A stretch of 64,000 nucleotides of DNA from Microgenomates group bacterium (GTDB lineage: Bacteria > Patescibacteriota > Microgenomatia > UBA1400 > MFAQ01). The notes below the pieces were generated by a model. It was not told the origin of the DNA, did no database searches, and saw nothing but the letters and a program-made list of their open reading frames with translations. Every line of letters begins with the position of its first letter. Position 1 is the first letter of the stretch. The stretch spans positions 572,541-636,540 of the forward strand of contig JBAQNH010000002.1 in assembly GCA_049303575.1 (NCBI GenBank). The letters are read 5' to 3'. The position numbers and the translations under genes are program-made. This document shows positions 55,150 through 64,000 of the stretch, in pieces.

Positions 55150-55965
55150 TCAAACAAGCAACCCCATATACCAATTCCAAATCGATCCACCCCATACCAA
55201 AGCGACCACTGTTCCGGCAATCAAAAACGGTCCAAAGGGTAAGTACTGTCCTAGCTTTTTCTTTCCGGTCATTATTAAAATCATTCCTACCACTGCTCCC
55301 AAAACAAAAGAAAGGAACACTCCCGGAACTATTTTCGGCCATCCTAGCAATAGTCCTAGTGCCGGTGCCAAATAAATATCACCCATTCCAAAACCATCAA
55401 CCTTTTTAATCATTTTAGTCAACACTTGGATAACCAAAAATAGTAAACCCAGACCCAATCCGGACAGAAGAGCTCGCACAAAGTCCGCGGTTTGCATAAT
55501 ACCAAAGCCGGTTAACCCCACACGATAAAACAGAGCCAGAGAAAAAAATAATAGGTTAAGACTGAACGGAATTATCATGTAAAGTAAATCCGTCATAAAA
55601 ATAGCCAACATCACCATTCCAACAGCCAGCCAAAACACCGGCTGAATAAAACTCCAAGGAGACCCAACTAGTTTGAAAAAATTAAAACCCACCAAAAACC
55701 ACCACACAAACATTACTCCGGTCAAGACTTCAATTAGAGGATAACGAATCGAGATCTTTTTATGACAATATGCACATTTTCCCCTGAGCCATAAGAAAGA
55801 AAATAGGGGAATGTTATAAAACCAAGCCAATTGATGTTTACATTTTGGACAGATGGATCTACCGGATAGGGGAGAGGAACCATGAGACGTGCGAAAAATT
55901 ACCACATTCAAAAAAGATCCCCAAACCATGCCCATCACAAAAATAAATAGTATTACTAAAAACAT
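55150..55965 (-). CDS. pilD: Prepilin peptidase (A24 family)
   Basis: Polytopic membrane protein with N-terminal zinc-binding CPKCKH...CAYCHKKI and A24 peptidase helices. Confidence 0.85.
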   Translation of the reverse strand: MFLVILFIFVMGMVWGSFLNVVIFRTSHGSSPLSGRSICPKCKHQLAWFYNIPLFSFLWLRGKCAYCHKKISIRYPLIEVLTGVMFVWWFLVGFNFFKLVGSPWSFIQPVFWLAVGMVMLAIFMTDLLYMIIPFSLNLLFFSLALFYRVGLTGFGIMQTADFVRALLSGLGLGLLFLVIQVLTKMIKKVDGFGMGDIYLAPALGLLLGWPKIVPGVFLSFVLGAVVGMILIMTGKKKLGQYLPFGPFLIAGTVVALVWGGSIWNWYMGLLV

Positions 55966-56042
55966 ATCTTATGGTAGCATCTCCAACCCAAAAAAAAGGC
56001 CCCACTGTGTAGTGGAGCCCTTTTTCTATTAACCTAAGTTAC

Positions 56043-56627
56043 TTACTGGAAACACTGGACACACTGTCCGGCGTCTCTTTGATCGACTGTACAACCAGCG
56101 GTGACTACCCCTGCTGTCGCAATGTTGTAGATTGTTTGAGCATCAGATCTATTTGACTTGCTCTCAGGAGGGAAACAAACTCCAACTCTGGTTTTACTAC
56201 CCGAAGTGACGTACAAAGTCGTTGATAGACCGTCAAAGAAGGTATCTTTTATCTCACCGTCAATACTTAGAGTGTTATCAATACAGGTTTTCATCCCAGC
56301 GTCATGACCAGGCGATCCTGCCTTATTAACAAGAACGGCCGGGAAAGGATAGGCTGTCGTCGGGGTCCTTAAAGTATCAATTGTCGCGGACGTACAGTCA
56401 TACACGGCACCAGTCATTTTGTACCAGGGTAGATAGCCATGTGTCGCGTAATATCTCTGGGAGGAACCAAGCATCTCAATTGCTGCACTTCTGTTATTCG
56501 TGTCACGAGCTTTTTTCAACTGTTCAAATGGGTCAATTGCGGCCAGTAGTCCGGCAGCTAAAATTCCCAAAACACCAATGACAATCAAAAGTTCCATTAA
56601 TGTGAAACCTTTATTTGTTTTATTCAT
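56043..56627 (-). CDS. Type IV pilin (candidate major pilin)
   Basis: MNKTNKGFTLMELLIVIGVLGILAAG, then a globular domain with Cys pairs. Separate transcription unit with its own upstream AT-rich region. Confidence 0.7.
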   Translation of the reverse strand: MNKTNKGFTLMELLIVIGVLGILAAGLLAAIDPFEQLKKARDTNNRSAAIEMLGSSQRYYATHGYLPWYKMTGAVYDCTSATIDTLRTPTTAYPFPAVLVNKAGSPGHDAGMKTCIDNTLSIDGEIKDTFFDGLSTTLYVTSGSKTRVGVCFPPESKSNRSDAQTIYNIATAGVVTAGCTVDQRDAGQCVQCFQ

Positions 56628-56674
56628 TTTTTTATTATTTTTATAATTGTAATGACCAATATCACTATGAATGA

Positions 56675-57877
56675 TTAAAACTGACTTGTCAAGTTATATA
56701 TAGGCATAATTACGGCTATCACCAAAAAACCGACGCCTATACCCATGACAATCATAATCATCGGTTCAATGGCCGTCGTCAGCGCTTTAATTTTTGTTTC
56801 ACTTTCACCTTCATAAAAGGTCGCGAGCTTTGCCAACACCTCGTCCAGTTTTCCGGTCTCTTCACCAACAGAGATCATCTGCCCCAAAATAGGGGGAAAG
56901 ACCTCCAAAGACTGAATTGCTTCGGCCAAACTTACTCCTTTTTCAACCAAAACTGCGGCTTGTCTTACTTCCGCTCCGTATACCTTGCTTCCCAAAGTTT
57001 CTGAAACAATTTGCAAAGTATCCAAAATCGGAATTCCGGCTCCCAAAAGAACACTCACTGTTCTGGCAAACTCCGTCAAAATAATGTCTTTCCGTAGTTT
57101 TCCCCAGATAGGAATCCGAAATGTTAGTTGCTCAACAATCAAAGATCCTACTTCCGTTTTTGCCCAGTTTCCAATCAAAACCGATGCCAAGGCGACAACA
57201 ATCACAATCCCGTACCAAAATCTCACCACAATGTCGCTAATTCCCATTAAAATCTTAGTCGGTGTTGGCAACTCGGCTCCAAAATCCTTATACATCGCGG
57301 TCAGTTTCGGAACCACAAAGACCATCATAATTGCCCCAATGACCACCATACCGATAGACACAATCATGGGGTATACCATTGCTCCTTTTGTTTTGCTTCT
57401 AAACTCTCTCTGTTTATCCAAAGCGTCGGCCAATTTCTTTAAAACTTGATCAAGAACACCAGCCGACTCACCGGCTCGGACCATGGCGATATACACTGTC
57501 GTAAAACCGCCTCCGGAACCCTGAAGAGCCTCTGCCAAACTCGAACCCGCTTCAACTTCTGTCAAGACCTTCTCTATTACCGTTTTCAAAGATGGAGTCG
57601 ACTGCATTTTCAGTATTTTTAAAGCATTGACCAAAGGCAACCCGGCACCCACCATTGTCGCTAGTTGTCTGGTAAAGTTGGTTATCTCATCCTGTTTTGG
57701 TTTGGAAAATCTTCCAAAAATGGAGTCAAGGTTAAGTTGATCCGCCTCCGTGAGTGAAGTAATAATCATTCCCTTACCACGCAAAATTGAAACCACCTGT
57801 TTTTGATCAGTTGCCTCCATTACACCACTAGAAGGAGTTCCTTTTTGGTCTCTGACTTTGTAATTGAAAGCTTTCAT
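56675..57877 (-). CDS. pilC: Type IV pilus platform protein PilC (GspF family)
   Basis: Two GspF repeats, three TM segments, about 400 aa. Confidence 0.85.
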   Translation of the reverse strand: MKAFNYKVRDQKGTPSSGVMEATDQKQVVSILRGKGMIITSLTEADQLNLDSIFGRFSKPKQDEITNFTRQLATMVGAGLPLVNALKILKMQSTPSLKTVIEKVLTEVEAGSSLAEALQGSGGGFTTVYIAMVRAGESAGVLDQVLKKLADALDKQREFRSKTKGAMVYPMIVSIGMVVIGAIMMVFVVPKLTAMYKDFGAELPTPTKILMGISDIVVRFWYGIVIVVALASVLIGNWAKTEVGSLIVEQLTFRIPIWGKLRKDIILTEFARTVSVLLGAGIPILDTLQIVSETLGSKVYGAEVRQAAVLVEKGVSLAEAIQSLEVFPPILGQMISVGEETGKLDEVLAKLATFYEGESETKIKALTTAIEPMIMIVMGIGVGFLVIAVIMPIYNLTSQF

Positions 57878-57879
57878 TA

Positions 57880-58953
57880 CTATTTATTTCCCAACAATTT
57901 GTCTAATACCGACGGTCGAATGGCATACTCCATCGCCACGGTCTTATCAACGACACTTCGGTTGACTAAATCAGACAAACTTTGCTCCAGTAAACTCATT
58001 CCCAAATTTCCACTCGTCTGGATTACATTATCAATCTGGAAACTCTTGCCTTCACGAATATTATTACGTACCGCCGGTGTTGCAATCAGAATCTCGGTCG
58101 CCACGGCTCGTTTACCATCAATAGTCGGAACCAATCGTTGGGCCAATACCGCCTCCAGCACCATTGAAAGTTGTAATACAATCTGGGGTTGTTGCTCCTC
58201 AGGAAAGCTATCAACAATTCTCTCTATTGTTTGTGAAGCCGAGTTTGTATGTAGTGTTGCAAATACCAAGTGTCCGGTTTCCGCCATAGTCATCGCTGCC
58301 GCCATGGTCTCGGCATCTCTCATTTCTCCGATGTATATCACGTTTGGATCCTGACGCAAAACCGACTTCAAAGCATTATCCCAAGATCTGGTATCCGATC
58401 CAAGCTCTCGTTGGCTCACAATCGACTTTTTGTTTACATGAATAAACTCCACCGGATCCTCAATCGACACAATATGTTCTGTTCTAGTGCTGTTAATTTC
58501 ATCCAAAACGGAGGCCACTGTTGTCGATTTTCCGGAACCGGTCGGACCGGTCACAATTACAAACCCCTGTTTCAACTTGGCAAATGCATGGCAGATACCG
58601 GGTAAGCGCAGTTCATCAATTGCCGGAATTTTATCTGGAATAAAACGTAGTGAAATTGCCGCCGACCCCTTTTGGTAATAGGCATTGGCTCTAAATCTTG
58701 CTTTTCCTGCTACAGAAACGGAAAAATCTATTTCCAAATCCTTCAGAAATTTTTCTCTTTGTGTCTGATTCATCAAGTTGCTGATATACCCCAAAAGAAC
58801 TGAAGCGCTCATTAATCCGGCTGCTTCATAAAGAACTAGCTTTCCCATGAATCTAAAAATTGGATAGGAATCGGCCATCAGATGTAAATCAGATGCGTTT
58901 TTTTCGGCAGCCATTATTAAAAGATCCTGAATGATATTGTCGCTTTTTTCCAT
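57880..58953 (-). CDS. pilT: Twitching motility / pilus retraction ATPase PilT
   Basis: Walker A VTGPTGSGKSTT, Asp box, Walker B, His box. 357 aa without the N-terminal GspE_N extension. Confidence 0.85.
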   Translation of the reverse strand: MEKSDNIIQDLLIMAAEKNASDLHLMADSYPIFRFMGKLVLYEAAGLMSASVLLGYISNLMNQTQREKFLKDLEIDFSVSVAGKARFRANAYYQKGSAAISLRFIPDKIPAIDELRLPGICHAFAKLKQGFVIVTGPTGSGKSTTVASVLDEINSTRTEHIVSIEDPVEFIHVNKKSIVSQRELGSDTRSWDNALKSVLRQDPNVIYIGEMRDAETMAAAMTMAETGHLVFATLHTNSASQTIERIVDSFPEEQQPQIVLQLSMVLEAVLAQRLVPTIDGKRAVATEILIATPAVRNNIREGKSFQIDNVIQTSGNLGMSLLEQSLSDLVNRSVVDKTVAMEYAIRPSVLDKLLGNK

Positions 58954-60713
58954 TAAACTTGAGCCACTCTAATAACTTCTTCAAGAGAGGTTATTCCATC
59001 CAATACCTTAAGATAACCATCTTGTTTCATAATAATCATGCCGTCCTCTTTGGCTGATTTTTCCACGGTGTCAGCATCAGCTCTTTCCATTATCAATCTG
59101 GCGATTTTTTCTGTCACTTTCAGTACTTCATAAATACCAATCATTCCAAAGTATCCTGCGCCTCCGCATTTATCACATCCTGCTCCCTTATAAAGCATAA
59201 AGGGGGTGTTATTTTTTTGTGCCTCAGCCGCTTTAATCGGGTTTGACTTAACCCACCCGTCAAGTAAATTTCCCAGGACTCCTTGCATATCTTCTATTAC
59301 TCCTGCTTCAGGTACATAGGCAGTTTTACATTTATCACAGATTTTTCGAAGAACACGTTGACCTATAACTGCGGTCATTGAACTAGATAGTAAAAATGGC
59401 TCTGCTCCCATATCCAATAAACGGGGAAGAGCACCGGCAGCTGAATTTGTATGAACGGTAGAAAATACCAGATGACCCGTAAGAGACGCCTGTACTGCCA
59501 GCTGAGCCGTTTCCTCATCACGAATTTCACCAACCATAATAATGTTCGGGTCTTGGCGAAGAAAAGAGCGCAGTCCGGAAGCAAAAGTCAGCCCGGCTTG
59601 AGGATTAATCTGTACTTGATTAACGCCAGTAATTTGGTACTCTACCGGATCTTCCAACGCCACAATATTTACTTTTGGAGAGTTTACCATGGTTAAAATC
59701 GAGTAAAGTGTGGTTGTTTTACCCGAACCTGTAGGACCGGTAGCCAGAATAATTCCGTGAGGAATACGAATTGCTTCTTCCAGAGTGGTCAGTGCTTTTC
59801 CACGAAGACCCAACTCGGCCAAGGTTGGTACCTTATCCGTTTTTTTCAGTAAACGCATCACGATCTTTTCACCATTCACCGTGGGTAGGGAAGAGATACG
59901 TAAATCAACCTCACCCCACTCGGACTGAAAATTAAAGCGGCCATCCTGCGGAACTCTCTTTTCATCAATCTTCATGCCGGCCAAAATCTTAATACGGGAG
60001 ATTAATGAAGCGTGATAATCTTTATCCAAAGTTAACTTCTCTTCAAGAATACCATCAATACGGTAACGCACTCTTGTAATGTTTTCCATTGGCTCAATGT
60101 GAATATCCGAAGCTCTTAAACGAATCGCGTGTTCCAAAATCTTCCTCACAATTTCAACGATTTTTGGTTCCTTGATGATCTGGGAAATGGTGTCGGATGT
60201 TACCAAACGCACGCCCTCTTCATCTGTTACTTCCTTACCTCTCTTTAAAACACTTGAGATTTCTCCGGACAAGCTCTGGCTATATACATTGGCAATTAAG
60301 GTATCCAAATTTTCCTTGGATGTTAGCAATGATTTTATCGTGTAGCCTGTTCTTTTTTGAAAAAAATCAACCGTCGAAAGTTCCTCCGGTTTCACCATGA
60401 TCAAGCTCAAGGTCTTGTTTTGTTTGTCTAGGGTGTATGGCACCACCTGGTAGTTTCTGGCCAAATCCACCGAAATTAAACCAATCAAGTCTGGATCTAC
60501 CGAAATTTTGCTTTCGGCAAAATAGGGGATACCTAGTACTTTTGCTTTTGCCTCGGCTAGTCCTCGCTCATCCACCAATCTCTTTTCAATCAATAGCTCT
60601 GTTAAAGATTTCCCGGAAGTTACCGCCTCGATTTTCAAGGTGTCGATCATCGCTTCCGTCAGCTTACCTGTCGAAAGAAGATAATCCAGTAGGGCAGTTT
60701 CCTGATAATCCAT
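58953..60713 (-). CDS. pilB: Type IV pilus assembly ATPase PilB (GspE family)
   Basis: N-terminal GSPII_E_N region, Walker A ATGPTGSGKTTT, and tetracysteine motif CDKCKT...CDKCGGAGY. Confidence 0.9.
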   Translation of the reverse strand: MDYQETALLDYLLSTGKLTEAMIDTLKIEAVTSGKSLTELLIEKRLVDERGLAEAKAKVLGIPYFAESKISVDPDLIGLISVDLARNYQVVPYTLDKQNKTLSLIMVKPEELSTVDFFQKRTGYTIKSLLTSKENLDTLIANVYSQSLSGEISSVLKRGKEVTDEEGVRLVTSDTISQIIKEPKIVEIVRKILEHAIRLRASDIHIEPMENITRVRYRIDGILEEKLTLDKDYHASLISRIKILAGMKIDEKRVPQDGRFNFQSEWGEVDLRISSLPTVNGEKIVMRLLKKTDKVPTLAELGLRGKALTTLEEAIRIPHGIILATGPTGSGKTTTLYSILTMVNSPKVNIVALEDPVEYQITGVNQVQINPQAGLTFASGLRSFLRQDPNIIMVGEIRDEETAQLAVQASLTGHLVFSTVHTNSAAGALPRLLDMGAEPFLLSSSMTAVIGQRVLRKICDKCKTAYVPEAGVIEDMQGVLGNLLDGWVKSNPIKAAEAQKNNTPFMLYKGAGCDKCGGAGYFGMIGIYEVLKVTEKIARLIMERADADTVEKSAKEDGMIIMKQDGYLKVLDGITSLEEVIRVAQV

Positions 60714-60735
60714 ACCTTAACTATAGCAAATTTAT

Positions 60736-61380
60736 CTACGTCTTAACTAATTTCCACGAGCTTATCAAAAAATTTCCAAACGCTAGTTTTGCATTTACAT
60801 TTGTGAAGCGGATTTTAGATAAATAATCAATCGCCAGCTTCAATACTTTTAATCTATTTTTATTTACCGACCGTTCCAAACCGGATTTAAGTTTTACTAT
60901 CACTTCTTCCAAACAATTTTCCATCTCCGCTTTTTCCATCTCATCCGCAAAAGCCAAACACTTTGCCGGACCTTTAGCAAAACATTCCAAAACACTTTTC
61001 CAATAAACTCCATCCGTTTCCTTTCTTTTCATTTCATTTTCAATCACACAGCGAGACAATATTGTTGGCAAAAGACCATTTTCATTTCCGGCCACAAGGA
61101 ATAAACACATCGACTCACTCGATTCCTCGAGTGGTTTCAAAAGAACGGCCTGACACTCGGGAGAAAGCTTGTCCGCATCCCAAATAATCAGACTCATTCC
61201 AACAGATCCCGTGGAAACATTTCTCCCAAAGTTGATAAAACGTCGCAAATCGTCTATCTTACCTTCACTACCCTCGTAACTCATCGTCGATGCAATAGAC
61301 AGATCCAAAGAAGAAAGCAGTGTCTCTCGTTGGTACGTGCCGGCCACTATAATCTTTGGTAACATTAGCTTATTGTACAA
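60736..61380 (-). CDS. holB: DNA polymerase III delta' subunit-like (clamp-loader AAA+ fold, short)
   Basis: IIWDADKLSPECQAVLLKPLEE...LFLVAGNENGLLPTILSRC matches the Walker B / sensor-1 / SRC region of delta'/gamma subunits. No intact P-loop. Confidence 0.55.
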   Translation of the reverse strand: MYNKLMLPKIIVAGTYQRETLLSSLDLSIASTMSYEGSEGKIDDLRRFINFGRNVSTGSVGMSLIIWDADKLSPECQAVLLKPLEESSESMCLFLVAGNENGLLPTILSRCVIENEMKRKETDGVYWKSVLECFAKGPAKCLAFADEMEKAEMENCLEEVIVKLKSGLERSVNKNRLKVLKLAIDYLSKIRFTNVNAKLAFGNFLISSWKLVKT

Positions 61381-61421
61381 ACAGATGTACTTGATGTGTT
61401 AGTGGTTAACCATTAAAATGA

Positions 61422-63428
<2,007 letters not shown>

Positions 63429-63430
63429 AT

Positions 63431-63967
63431 ATGAACCTACTTCACTCAATTAAAGCGCACGGAACAGACTCTTTGATAAATGTTGTCATCGAGATTCCTA
63501 CCGGCTCTCAATCAAAAATTGAGTACGACATCGACACAGAAGAATTCACCGTCGATAGAATTTTGTCTACAGAACTTTCCTTTCCTTTTAATTACGGTTT
63601 TGTTCCTGAAACATGGAGTATGGATAACGACCCACTCGACGCTGTTGTTTTAAGCTCTAAACCGATAGAGACAGGTAGCATTATCGAATCAAGAATTATC
63701 GGCTTGTTGGCTACCAAAGACGAGAAAGGTACTGATGCCAAGTTAATCACCATCCCCAGTTCCGAAACAGATCAAATTTTTACCAAAATTAATACTATTG
63801 AAGACCTTGACGAACAAACACTCAGCAACATTCAATATTTTTACAAAAACTACAAAATAATTGAGCCGGGAAAATGGGTAGACATCGATGGTTATGCTTC
63901 TAAAGAAGAAGCCGAGTCTAAACTTAAAATAGCTATTGAGCAATACCATCAACATTTTCAAAAATAA
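63431..63967 (+). CDS. ppa: Inorganic pyrophosphatase (family I)
   Basis: INVVIEIPTGSQSKIEYD...FPFNYGFVPETWSMDNDPLDAVVLS is the family I PPase active-site signature. Confidence 0.85.
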   Translation: MNLLHSIKAHGTDSLINVVIEIPTGSQSKIEYDIDTEEFTVDRILSTELSFPFNYGFVPETWSMDNDPLDAVVLSSKPIETGSIIESRIIGLLATKDEKGTDAKLITIPSSETDQIFTKINTIEDLDEQTLSNIQYFYKNYKIIEPGKWVDIDGYASKEEAESKLKIAIEQYHQHFQK

Positions 63968-64000
63968 AACATGGAAGACCAAAACGAAGAAAACCAAACA

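Overview
This 64 kb window is gene-dense, moderately AT-rich bacterial chromosome. Many proteins are noticeably short (UvrC without its HhH tail, PheT 661 aa, Tig-like 266 aa, HolB-like 214 aa) and TTG/GTG starts are frequent. Together with a large type IV pilus locus, this fits a reduced-genome Patescibacteria/CPR-like organism; that lineage call is inference, not measured. Core content, in order: glycolysis (eno, gpmI); rsmI-lexA; an SOS/NER cluster (lexA, small ORF, uvrB, methyltransferase-fold gene, uvrA, transglutaminase-like protein, uvrC); secG and a family-5 solute-binding protein; typA; the conserved infC-rpmI-rplT-pheS-pheT block; PBP1A; recG; rpmF-nusB-rnc-rpsP-KH; a type IV pilus locus (48.8-60.7 kb) with pilM/N/O, eight prepilin-type genes, a PilX-like gene, pilD, pilC, pilT and pilB; then holB-like, gyrB and ppa. 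Fourteen clear tRNA genes sit in five clusters, plus one tRNA-like element. The main accessory feature is a roughly 10 kb island (about 21.1-31.1 kb) between a tRNA-like element and tRNA-Pro. It carries a large serine recombinase whose ORF reads into tRNA-Pro, an XRE regulator divergent from a CAP-domain/membrane operon, an orphan terminase-small-subunit-like gene, a KAP-family P-loop NTPase with transmembrane insert and a small upstream partner, a DUF3761 membrane protein and an HTH/LAGLIDADG-like protein. I read this as an integrative, possibly phage-satellite-like, element carrying a candidate defense module. No rRNA genes and no CRISPR array were seen.
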